From IMG/VR virus record IMGVR_UViG_3300043446_002182: 64,000 nt of DNA; one strand, given 5' to 3'. Numbering within the stretch: the stretch's first letter is position 1; each line of letters begins with the position of its first letter. Positions 18,527 to 26,828 of the stretch are shown here, one piece after another. Made by a program: the position numbers and the translations under genes. This stretch comes from an uncultured virus (IMG/VR IMGVR_UViG_3300043446_002182) (taxonomy: Duplodnaviria > Heunggongvirae > Uroviricota > Caudoviricetes). The notes under the pieces are model-generated. The model was not told the DNA's origin and did not search any database. It worked only from the letters and a program-made list of their open reading frames with translations.

Positions 18527-19197
18527 TTACCCTCAAACATCTTGTTTGTGAATCTCGCCATGCTGAACGTCCAAACAAAAGTTTGGATTTGCACATTCTC
18601 AAAAACTGTCGGCATGTTTTTGACGGCACAGTTTACCACGGGTCTCCTGCCGATGGATTGAAAGACATGTTGACTCATGGAATTCATGGCACGGAGCATG
18701 GAGAACTAGCCGAGTATGAAACTCTCAGCACTTCAGTCAACTCCGAAGTTCTTCATCTTTTCTCTGATGGTCATGGCGATACTGGCGTTGAATTTGCGGT
18801 AAAGGGTATTAACCTCATTGTGCTCGACCAGTTCTTGACCAAACTTTTGGCCGAACTCCCCGGCTCTGGCATGGAACCAGAGGTAGATAACGAAGACGAG
18901 TTTGTGGAGTTTTGCATCAAACATGGAGTCCCACGGGGCGCATGGGGCAGAGACGAATTTTACCTTCCTTACAACTATCTCTCGTCGTTGGGAGTGGATG
19001 CCATGACTTATGACTACGTTTGGCGTCGAATTGACCAAGGAATGCCACCATCCCCAAGGGATGAGAGTGAGATTGCTTTTGTTGGTAAAGGTATAAAAAA
19101 GCTCGAAACGGCTGTGTCGGAGATATGGGTAGATGGTCAAACCTTTGAAATACGTGAAAAGGCACAAGCATTGGCTGCTATTGCAGAATATGCGTGA
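18523..19197 (+). CDS. Putative ADP-ribosyltransferase-fold protein
   Basis: VYHGS...LSTS...DESEIAF in the canonical ART motif order. Confidence 0.55.
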   Translation: MITLKHLVCESRHAERPNKSLDLHILKNCRHVFDGTVYHGSPADGLKDMLTHGIHGTEHGELAEYETLSTSVNSEVLHLFSDGHGDTGVEFAVKGINLIVLDQFLTKLLAELPGSGMEPEVDNEDEFVEFCIKHGVPRGAWGRDEFYLPYNYLSSLGVDAMTYDYVWRRIDQGMPPSPRDESEIAFVGKGIKKLETAVSEIWVDGQTFEIREKAQALAAIAEYA

Positions 19198-19258
19198 TTT
19201 TTTCTTCATTGGCATATATTTATAACCATAGACGAGAACCACAAGGAAAAAATAACCT

Positions 19259-19750
19259 ATGGCAGACTTACTGACAAACAACGAAATGTTTTATACGATT
19301 TGGGAACCCAAGACCAAGAATCGCTTCTTGATGTATGTGGATGGCATCCCAACGTATCTAATCCGCAAGACCGACCGTCCAAAGTGGACACAGGAACGCA
19401 AGACGATTGATTACATCAACTTGCAGTGGTTCTATAAGGGTAAGACAACTTGGCAAGAAATCACGCTTGAGTTGTTCGACCCAATCGTTCCTTCTGGTGC
19501 TCAGACCGTATTCGAGTGGTTCCGTCTATCCCACGAATCCGTGACTGGCCGTGATGGTTATCAAGACTTTTACAAGAAGGAAGTTACCATTGACGTTCTT
19601 GGCCCTGTCGGTGACAAGGTTGAAGAATGGACTCTCAAGGGTGCTTTCCCAACCTCATTCGATGGTGGTGAACTTAGTTGGGAAAATGGAGGCGATCCTG
19701 TTCTTATTACGATGAATCTGTCCTACGACTACGCCATCCTCCAATACTGA
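19259..19750 (+). CDS. Tail tube protein (T4 gp19-like)
   Basis: EPKTKNRF, WQEITLELFDPI, EW.LKGAFP, LSYDYA motifs; late motif at 19217. Confidence 0.9.
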   Translation: MADLLTNNEMFYTIWEPKTKNRFLMYVDGIPTYLIRKTDRPKWTQERKTIDYINLQWFYKGKTTWQEITLELFDPIVPSGAQTVFEWFRLSHESVTGRDGYQDFYKKEVTIDVLGPVGDKVEEWTLKGAFPTSFDGGELSWENGGDPVLITMNLSYDYAILQY

Positions 19751-19775
19751 TTCTCGTTTCTCGCAGAACCTATAC

Positions 19776-19804
19776 GAAAAGCCTCGCTTTGTGCGGGGCT
19801 TTTT
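19776..19804 (+). terminator. Intrinsic terminator after tube gene
   Basis: aaaagcctcgc-tttgt-gcggggcttttt. Confidence 0.8.
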
Positions 19805-19867
19805 CGTCTTATAAAAAGTTGACTTCTTTTGAACTTTTGATATTTATGTGGTGTCATATACGATGAC

Positions 19868-19928
19868 AAGTCTTACGCCTCTTGTGAGGGTAGGATTTTT
19901 AACAGACAAACCATTGTTGTTAGAAAGG
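19868..19928 (+). promoter_or_regulatory. Two-hairpin 5' leader of hsp20, possible RNA thermometer
   Basis: Second hairpin pairs U5 (19896-19900) with AGAAA of the AGAAAGG SD. Confidence 0.45.
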
Positions 19929-19936
19929 TACACGTT

Positions 19937-20425
19937 ATGAAAAACGCATTAACACGTTACAATCCTGCCGTTCCGTCTCTCTTCAATCGAGACGAGTTTT
20001 TGACCCCATTCTCATCGTTCTTCGATGAAATTTTCGGAAACCGTTTTCCAGAACTCCACTCCGACCTCGGAGCAGATTTCTTTGGAAAGGGCACCTATCC
20101 GAAAGTCAACATTCGGGATGAAGAAAACGAAATGGTCATTGAAGCGGAAATCCCGGGTTTGACCAAAGACCAAGTATCGGTTGAAATCCAAGATGGCATC
20201 CTTCGCATCAAGGGAGAAAAACGTCAGGAAGATGAAACGAAAAAGAAGAATTACGTTCATCGGGAGTTGAAGCAGTCATCCTTCTGTCGCTCATTCACGT
20301 TGAATGATAATCTCGACCAAAGCCAAGTAAACGCAAAGTTTAAAAACGGCTTGTTGGAAGTCAGCCTCAAGAAAGTAACCCCATCCCCTAAAAAGGAAGA
20401 GGTAAAGAAAATCGAGATTAAGTAA
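19937..20425 (+). CDS. Hsp20/alpha-crystallin small heat-shock protein
   Basis: PKVNIRD, AEIPGL, SFCRSFTL, AKFKNGLLEV motifs. Confidence 0.95.
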   Translation: MKNALTRYNPAVPSLFNRDEFLTPFSSFFDEIFGNRFPELHSDLGADFFGKGTYPKVNIRDEENEMVIEAEIPGLTKDQVSVEIQDGILRIKGEKRQEDETKKKNYVHRELKQSSFCRSFTLNDNLDQSQVNAKFKNGLLEVSLKKVTPSPKKEEVKKIEIK

Positions 20426-20437
20426 ACCCTCAGTCGC

Positions 20438-20464
20438 AAACCCCGCCGTTTGGCGGGGTTTTTT
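20438..20464 (+). terminator. Intrinsic terminator
   Basis: aaaccccgcc-gttt-ggcggggtttttt. Confidence 0.85.
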
Positions 20465-20477
20465 CATATTTATTGAC

Positions 20478-20780
20478 ATGTGGACATACAATGAAGCAAA
20501 GCCCTTCGCCGAAAAAATTGGCGGGAAGATTGTCGGGTCAGTAAAGACCAAGGGCAAGTCCGACCACGATTTAGACATCTTGGTTCCAGAATATAGCCAA
20601 AAGGTTGGGAACATTGTTTCAAGTTTGGGGTTCACATATATGGGCAGTCAAGTTGTTTCTCCCAAAGAAATCAAACGAAGCAGAAAATTTGGTGGAAAGG
20701 CCGATTTTTGGCTTAGAAACAGACGGTTTGAAAACCTGATTGACCATAGGGTTATCGAGGTTTGGGTGGTAGAAAAATAA
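20478..20780 (+). CDS. Minimal nucleotidyltransferase-like protein
   Basis: IVGSV...SDHDLDILV (GS plus DxD) and C-terminal IEVW strand; 100 aa. Confidence 0.65.
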   Translation: MWTYNEAKPFAEKIGGKIVGSVKTKGKSDHDLDILVPEYSQKVGNIVSSLGFTYMGSQVVSPKEIKRSRKFGGKADFWLRNRRFENLIDHRVIEVWVVEK

Positions 20781-20813
20781 GCTTTAGACCCCCGAAACGA
20801 TATTTATATGCGT

Positions 20814-21731
20814 ATGAAACCACAATTGCTTGAATACCTTGTGCGTGCTTGCACTCGGGAAGTCCTAAAACAACTCAATGAAGGTGTAGAAACTGTTGCT
20901 CAAGCGCATGGCATCACACCTGTAAATGACAAGGAATTTTATTCCGACAAACATGGGACATGGTGTAACAAATGTGGTAGTGGGGTAACAACTGTAAAGA
21001 CCAAAAAAGGCATTGCTTACAAGTGTAATTCAAACAATGGTAAGGCCAATTGTGCAAATTCACGAGTAGATGAGGATGAAACAAAAGGCGCAGCCGCCCC
21101 TCCCGCCGATGGTCAAGGAACAGCCGACCAACCAGCCGTGCCAAAAGCAGAACCAGCCGCAGCACAGCCCGAAGCAAAGCCATCCCAACCCGAAACTCCA
21201 AAGCTTAAGCCAATCAAGGGCATCAACGTAGTCAATCCTCGGGAAAAGTCTGAAATCAAACTATTGGATTTTCGTGGAAAGAAAGACCCAGCTTCCATCG
21301 AACGCACTCTTTACAGCCGTGCATCAGCAATGGCAGGTTCAAAGGTAAAGGTTGCACTGTCCACTATTCGTGCGGTGACAAAGGCACTTGATAACCCAAA
21401 CACTCCACTTTTTCTTTACATCGGCCAATATGACCCACAGTCCGAAGAATTGTATTTGATGGCTGATAGCAGCATTGACGTTGCCAAAGACGCCTCCGTA
21501 AATCCTGAAGAGTTGGCCGCTGGCGAACTTTCAACTTATCACTCTACCGACCCAGCCGACCCAGCAGAATATGACCCTGAAACAATGGGTACTGCATACG
21601 TTCAAAAAAGCCCGGGATTCAACGACCGTTCACAACATGAACCAGAAGTTGAGTTTGGCGACAATTCGATTGATGAAGAAATTCGCCAGTTGATTAAGCG
21701 CATGGTCAACGAAACTCTCGACCCAAGATGA
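20814..21731 (+). CDS. Hypothetical putative head protein with Zn ribbon
   Basis: CNKC...C...C; N-terminal LVRACTREVLKQLNE and C-terminal IDEEIRQLIKRMVNE. Start placed after TATTTATA (20801). Confidence 0.7.
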   Translation: MKPQLLEYLVRACTREVLKQLNEGVETVAQAHGITPVNDKEFYSDKHGTWCNKCGSGVTTVKTKKGIAYKCNSNNGKANCANSRVDEDETKGAAAPPADGQGTADQPAVPKAEPAAAQPEAKPSQPETPKLKPIKGINVVNPREKSEIKLLDFRGKKDPASIERTLYSRASAMAGSKVKVALSTIRAVTKALDNPNTPLFLYIGQYDPQSEELYLMADSSIDVAKDASVNPEELAAGELSTYHSTDPADPAEYDPETMGTAYVQKSPGFNDRSQHEPEVEFGDNSIDEEIRQLIKRMVNETLDPR

Positions 21732-22072
21732 AAAATCTCGAACTCGAAACATTGATTAAAGGAATCGTCCGAAACATTTTGAAGGAATACGCTTCCTTGT
21801 CATCTTCAGACGTTCAACAGATGGTCAATTCTGACCCAACCCTTGACCCATCAGTTCCTCCAACGGACGCCCAAACCCCTGCTGAGAAAGCACGTATGGA
21901 ACGTGAGGCAGAATTGAATCGTCAAAAGGACATCAAGCAAAAGCAAAGCGAATTGGATTCCAAGAAGAAAGAAATGGATTTCAATAAGAAGAAGCTTGAC
22001 CAACAAAAACGATTTGAAGTTCCTACTCTGACCAAAGACCTTCAAAAACTCAAGGGTGCATCCCTCGAATAA
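21728..22072 (+). CDS. Hypothetical coiled-coil protein
   Basis: N-terminal LETLIKGIVRNILKEY; ATGA overlap with previous gene. Confidence 0.75.
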   Translation: MKNLELETLIKGIVRNILKEYASLSSSDVQQMVNSDPTLDPSVPPTDAQTPAEKARMEREAELNRQKDIKQKQSELDSKKKEMDFNKKKLDQQKRFEVPTLTKDLQKLKGASLE

Positions 22073-22080
22073 CGGTTGTG

Positions 22081-22608
22081 TTAAAATTTATTGTGTTGCA
22101 CTGCGGTTTCATAGAACATCTTTAATGCTTCATACATTCCCGAAACTGTTTCAACTCCTTTGAAGGAATTGATTCCCCAACAACAAAGAACAACATTTGT
22201 TGGAGTATATCCTTCGGTAGAGTTTATACGGTCGAGTGACATTGCAAATAGATTTCTTTCTTTTTCATCTTGTTGTCGAATTTTCATCGTCACTCCGGTA
22301 TAAAAGCATTTTCCTTTTTGTTCTTGATATTTTTTACGAACATCTTTAACTGTTAGAGAGAATGGAATCTTAACCCCTTTCTTTTTCCGTTGCATAGCCG
22401 ATGATATTAAGTCATAGAATCTTTTTGTCAATAAATCTTCTGGAGATCGACTTTCTCTTAAATCTTTGCGTGTTTGAACTGCTCTTGTTTTTCCACATGA
22501 CTTACACCACGATAGATAAACTTGGCGAACTTTGTTGAAGTAGAACTCATCAATAGGTTTTGTTGTCTGACATTTGGGACATGGTTTAGTTTGACGAATA
22601 TATTTCAT
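22081..22608 (-). CDS. HNH-like homing endonuclease
   Basis: CPKC...F...CKSC; CFYTG...SLDRINSTEGY..TNVVLCC..IN..K; late motif just upstream. Confidence 0.8.
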   Translation of the reverse strand: MKYIRQTKPCPKCQTTKPIDEFYFNKVRQVYLSWCKSCGKTRAVQTRKDLRESRSPEDLLTKRFYDLISSAMQRKKKGVKIPFSLTVKDVRKKYQEQKGKCFYTGVTMKIRQQDEKERNLFAMSLDRINSTEGYTPTNVVLCCWGINSFKGVETVSGMYEALKMFYETAVQHNKF

Positions 22609-22686
22609 GGTTATAAATATATTTTTAGTAAGAAAAAGTGAAAAAAAAGCGAATGGCGGTCTATGTATTGAAAAGGTCACAACTAT

Positions 22687-23520
22687 ATGTCAGATACGCC
22701 GCAACAAGTTATTTCAATCACCCGCCCAAGCGTGGGTGCCACCGTTCCACCCCCACAAAAGGCGGAATCCAAGTTCCCAACCGAGGTTATCAGCCTTCCA
22801 AGTAAGGGTTGGTTCTATCCTCCTGAGAGTCCTTTGGCCAGCGGCCAATTGGAACTCAAGATGATGACCGCCAAGGAAGAAGACATCCTCACGTCCAAGA
22901 ACCTTATCAATAAGAACATCGTTCTGGACAAGCTGTTGGAGTCTGTCGTCATTGACAAAACCATCAAATTGGACGACATGTTAATTGGCGACCGCAACGC
23001 AGCATTCTTTGCTTTGCGTCGGCTGGCCTATGGTGACATGTATGAAGCCACTTTGACCTGTGGTCGTTGTGGCAAAGACAATTCTCTGTCAATTGATTTG
23101 TCCAAGACGGACAACAAGCCATTTGACGAAACACAATTTCCCCGAGGCGAAAATAACTTCACCTTCAAACTTCCTCACACTGGCATCACGGTCACATACA
23201 AAATGTTGACTAAGAAAGATGAAAATGCGATTGAGGCTCAGTTGAAGGGTCTGGAAAAGGTAAGCAAAGACCTTAGCCGTGAAGTTACCACTCGTCTCTC
23301 TTACATCATCACAAGTGTTGAAGGCGATTCATCCAAGGCTCGTATTGTCAAGTTCATCAATGATGAACTGCAAGCCCGTGATAGCCTCGCCCTTCGCCGC
23401 CAAATCCGTGATACCATGCCTGACATTGACACCACATTTGATTTCGTGTGTTCTCATTGCGGTCTGGAACGGAAGGAGGAAACGCCGATGGGCGTGTCCT
23501 TTTTTTGGCCTAACGGATGA
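22687..23520 (+). CDS. Baseplate hub/tail assembly chaperone (T4 gp26-like)
   Basis: LPSKG..Y, MTAKEEDIL, GDR, YG..Y, two CxxC motifs, ends FFWP. Confidence 0.8.
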   Translation: MSDTPQQVISITRPSVGATVPPPQKAESKFPTEVISLPSKGWFYPPESPLASGQLELKMMTAKEEDILTSKNLINKNIVLDKLLESVVIDKTIKLDDMLIGDRNAAFFALRRLAYGDMYEATLTCGRCGKDNSLSIDLSKTDNKPFDETQFPRGENNFTFKLPHTGITVTYKMLTKKDENAIEAQLKGLEKVSKDLSREVTTRLSYIITSVEGDSSKARIVKFINDELQARDSLALRRQIRDTMPDIDTTFDFVCSHCGLERKEETPMGVSFFWPNG

Positions 23521-23746
23521 GTATAAGGTCAATCTCCACGAACTAATCTACGACTTGGCCAACATTGGCAAGTTGGGATATGACGCCGTTTATACCATGC
23601 CTGTGCATTACAGGTCTTTCTACATTCGCAAACTCACCCGAGACAAGGAAAAAGAAAAGGCGGCATACGAGAAAGCCCAAGGTATGCAGGATGGGGCATC
23701 CTCTTCCAAAATCGTTAAAGGCCCGCAGATTGGTCCACGGGTTTAA
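23501..23746 (+). CDS. gp51-like chaperone extension, probably reached by frameshift from the upstream gene
   Basis: +1 frame reads FFGLTDEYKVNLHELIYDL...VYTMPVHYRSFYIRKL; first in-frame ATG after the T-run is at 23597. Confidence 0.6.
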   Translation, partial: FFGLTDEYKVNLHELIYDLANIGKLGYDAVYTMPVHYRSFYIRKLTRDKEKEKAAYEKAQGMQDGASSSKIVKGPQIGPRV

Positions 23747-23750
23747 GGAT

Positions 23751-24029
23751 TTACCCGATGGCACTGATATGTCTTAGGTTTGCCACGACCAGAATTGTCC
23801 AAGAAACAACACAAATGCCCCACAATCCAATTTTTAGAATGGTGAGTTTGATATAGTAGGATGGGGACGGATATTGGATTTCTTCAGCAAGACTTCGGTA
23901 AAACATCGGGGCAACTAATCCTCCGACGAAGCAGGATAGAAGCAACATTATGGCAAGATGACTTCCAATACTCTTCAGTAAGGAGAAAATGTTATCTACT
24001 ATAGTTTCGTTTGAGTTTTCTGTTTTCAT
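23751..24029 (-). CDS. Small membrane protein (two hydrophobic segments)
   Basis: Own sigma70-like promoter whose -10 lies 6 nt upstream of the ATG. Confidence 0.6.
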   Translation of the reverse strand: MKTENSNETIVDNIFSLLKSIGSHLAIMLLLSCFVGGLVAPMFYRSLAEEIQYPSPSYYIKLTILKIGLWGICVVSWTILVVANLRHISAIG

Positions 24030-24035
24030 GTTCTC

Positions 24036-24063
24036 ACTATAGCAGACTGCTATAAAAAGTCAA
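24036..24063 (-). promoter_or_regulatory. Sigma70-like promoter with overlapping palindrome
   Basis: TTGACT-N16-TATAGT with extended TG; TATAGCAG-A-CTGCTATA at 24038-24054. Confidence 0.65.
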
Positions 24064-24070
24064 GGAAAAG

Positions 24071-24310
24071 TTACCATTGAATGATGTATGCGTTTATCGT
24101 TATACCCTCATAGTATTCGATGGTGTATTTCGCCTTGAACAAATATCTTAAGATAGGCCATATTTGATGGTTTGGAATGTTATTATAATACGAAGAAACA
24201 GGCCAAACGAAATGCTTATATCCTTTCGATTTCCGGTCTTCAATGATTTTTAATATCATTTTCAACTCTCGTTTAAGGGAAATTGGTGTGTGTGGCATAT
24301 GAGATTTCAT
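24071..24310 (-). CDS. Small hypothetical protein
   Basis: ATG 24310 lies 6 nt after TTGCAA-N16-TATAAT (24317-24344, - strand). Confidence 0.6.
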   Translation of the reverse strand: MKSHMPHTPISLKRELKMILKIIEDRKSKGYKHFVWPVSSYYNNIPNHQIWPILRYLFKAKYTIEYYEGITINAYIIQW

Positions 24311-24356
24311 AGTTGGATTATAGCACAAATCTCAAGGGTTGCAACTATTTATAATC

Positions 24357-26825
24357 ATGGCTGACACTTATACATCTGACATCAAATCCGCTATTTCTCA
24401 AAAAACCGAGGTTCAGGAACTTGGTGCTGCGTGGCTTAATGTAGCCGATATTCAGAAAAAGATTACCGACTCATATAATGAAGAAGTGAATGTTCTTCAA
24501 AAAATGGTTGGGGTTGAGGGACTTCTTAAAAAAAATGTTATTGACCGATTTAAGGATGAGATGACCCTCAAATCCAAATTGAAAAACCTCGAATCTCAAA
24601 TTACAACCTTAAAAGAAAAGTCTCATTCTATTGTTGATGCGGCGACGAGAGACGAGGCCAAATTATCTCTGGAAGGTATGTTGCAGAGAAAATTAGCGTG
24701 GGAAAAAGAAGCCGAAATGCTAAACAAAATAAACCGAACGGGTTTAGGTGTATTTTTGTTTTTCTTGAGTAACGCTGTTTCACTATTCAAAAAATTGGAT
24801 TCGGAAGCATGGGAGTTTAGGAAAGCGGTTGGAATGTCTCGGGATCAATCTGAACATTTGAAAGATATTGTCCAAGGAGTTTCTATAGAATATACCCATA
24901 TTGGAGTTACTGCTAAAAATGTAAATTCAGCAATCATTTCGGCTGGACAAGCAATGGGCAGTATGCATAACGTTACAAGAAAAGTTGCTTCAACAATTTC
25001 TATCCTTGAGGCTCAGTTAGGAGTCGCCGCAGAAGACACCACCACCATACTCCGTAATTTTGCGGTAATGTCTGGAACTACAATGGAAACGCAGAATAAC
25101 ATGGTGTATTTTGCTCAAGCACTATCTGCCGCTGGGGGCGTAAGTTTTACACAGATTGCAAAAGATTTTAGAAGTATGAAGGATACTACGTTTCTAATGG
25201 TATCTCGTCTTCCATCTGTCATGGCAAAAACCGCAGTCGAATTAAGAAGAATGGGAACAGATATAAATTCGGCGGCAAGCTCATCTCGAAAACTTTTGGA
25301 TTTTACACAAAATGTTCAAGATGAAATGGAGGCTTCCGTATTACTTGGTCATTCAATTAACCTTCAAAAAGCAAGAGAATTGGCATATAATAGGGACATA
25401 GAAGGCAGCACTAAAGAAATTTTACGATTGGCGAAACAATCAAACTTTGCACATGGTATGGATACGTTTCAAATGGAGGCGTTTGCTAAAGCAACTGGTA
25501 GAAGTGTGGAAGATTTACTGAGTATGGTTCAGGCAAGTGAAGAAATGGATAAGGCATTGTCATCTTCCGACCCAAAAATAAAAACAATGGCCCAAGAGTA
25601 TCAGAGATTGAAAAATGCAAATGAAGCGGCAGCACAAGCAGCCGGAAAAAACGTAGAGTATCAGCTTATGCTAAAAGCAAATCAAGAACGATTGACTGCA
25701 ATTTCTCAAAAATGGGAACAGATGCTTGCTCGGGTTAGTCAATGGTTTTTACCTATTATTGATGGAGCATTATCATTTGTAGATGCTATTATGCCTGCCG
25801 TTCCGTTACTCATGGGAATGACTTCATTTTTTGAAAAAATTGGTGAAATAATATCAAATAAAGTAACTCTTTCGTTAATGAACGCTGTCCGATATGGGGA
25901 AAAGTTATCGTTTATTGCAAAAGTTTTTACTTCTGTTCAAAAAGCATTTTCATGGATTGGAAGTATAGCTAAAGTTGGTGGCTTCATCGGAAGCTGGGCA
26001 CCGTTGGTATTCAAGTTTGTCGCTCCATTCTTTAAGCTTTTAGGCCCAATTGGATGGATTATCACGGCATTCCAAGCCATCAGCGGATTTGTTCGTGGGT
26101 TTAAAGAGGGTGGATTGCTTGGTGGATTGAAGGGAGCGTTTACATCAATTATACCGTTTGGTGACAAAATTTGGGATTTCATATCTAAGTTGTGGAATGC
26201 AATTGGTCCAATTGGGCAAGCAATTATCAAATGGACCAATCCACTATATTTGGTATATCGTGCAGTTCAAGCTATAATAAATGTTATTCCCAAAATTGGG
26301 GCCGTCATCAAAGAAACATTTTCTAATGCGTGGAATGGAATTAAAGATTGGCTTGGATTTTCACCATCTAATCTCGGATTGCGAATTGTTAAAGGAATAT
26401 TATCTATTCAAACAATGTTATTTGATGCTATAACATATCCTTGGAGACACGCTTTCGCATGGATTGCGGACAAACTACCCGGTATGGGTAAGATAGCAGA
26501 AAAGCTTCGGGGTGGGTTTGGGGGAATGACCAATTCAATTGAATCTAAAGTTACACAACAACAAATTCAACCTACTCAAATTGCTGAGAAGCCTGCTCAA
26601 GTTACCACCCCAACTCAAGCCCCAGCACAGGCACAAACTGCCGAGGCTCAAGCAACCACACAGGATAATGGAAAATTGTTGGCCAGCATCTTGGAGTCCA
26701 TCAACATTTTGAACAAAAATTTGGAATCAGGAAAGATTGGTTTCTATGTGGATGGCCAATTGCTTTCTGCAACCATTGCCCGCCAAACGGAATTCCGTGG
26801 TGGCTATGGAGTGAATAAGGTATAA
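24357..26825 (+). CDS. Tail tape measure protein
   Basis: Long helical Ala/Gln/Leu-rich protein with Trp/Gly amphipathic repeats, located between chaperone and baseplate genes. Confidence 0.85.
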   Translation: MADTYTSDIKSAISQKTEVQELGAAWLNVADIQKKITDSYNEEVNVLQKMVGVEGLLKKNVIDRFKDEMTLKSKLKNLESQITTLKEKSHSIVDAATRDEAKLSLEGMLQRKLAWEKEAEMLNKINRTGLGVFLFFLSNAVSLFKKLDSEAWEFRKAVGMSRDQSEHLKDIVQGVSIEYTHIGVTAKNVNSAIISAGQAMGSMHNVTRKVASTISILEAQLGVAAEDTTTILRNFAVMSGTTMETQNNMVYFAQALSAAGGVSFTQIAKDFRSMKDTTFLMVSRLPSVMAKTAVELRRMGTDINSAASSSRKLLDFTQNVQDEMEASVLLGHSINLQKARELAYNRDIEGSTKEILRLAKQSNFAHGMDTFQMEAFAKATGRSVEDLLSMVQASEEMDKALSSSDPKIKTMAQEYQRLKNANEAAAQAAGKNVEYQLMLKANQERLTAISQKWEQMLARVSQWFLPIIDGALSFVDAIMPAVPLLMGMTSFFEKIGEIISNKVTLSLMNAVRYGEKLSFIAKVFTSVQKAFSWIGSIAKVGGFIGSWAPLVFKFVAPFFKLLGPIGWIITAFQAISGFVRGFKEGGLLGGLKGAFTSIIPFGDKIWDFISKLWNAIGPIGQAIIKWTNPLYLVYRAVQAIINVIPKIGAVIKETFSNAWNGIKDWLGFSPSNLGLRIVKGILSIQTMLFDAITYPWRHAFAWIADKLPGMGKIAEKLRGGFGGMTNSIESKVTQQQIQPTQIAEKPAQVTTPTQAPAQAQTAEAQATTQDNGKLLASILESINILNKNLESGKIGFYVDGQLLSATIARQTEFRGGYGVNKV

Positions 26826-26828
26826 CCT

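Noticed and set aside
23279..23500. Upstream part of ORF 23279-23746 as real coding sequence
   Set aside because: It overlaps the gp26-like gene out of frame and looks non-protein-like; only the part after the T7 run is credible.
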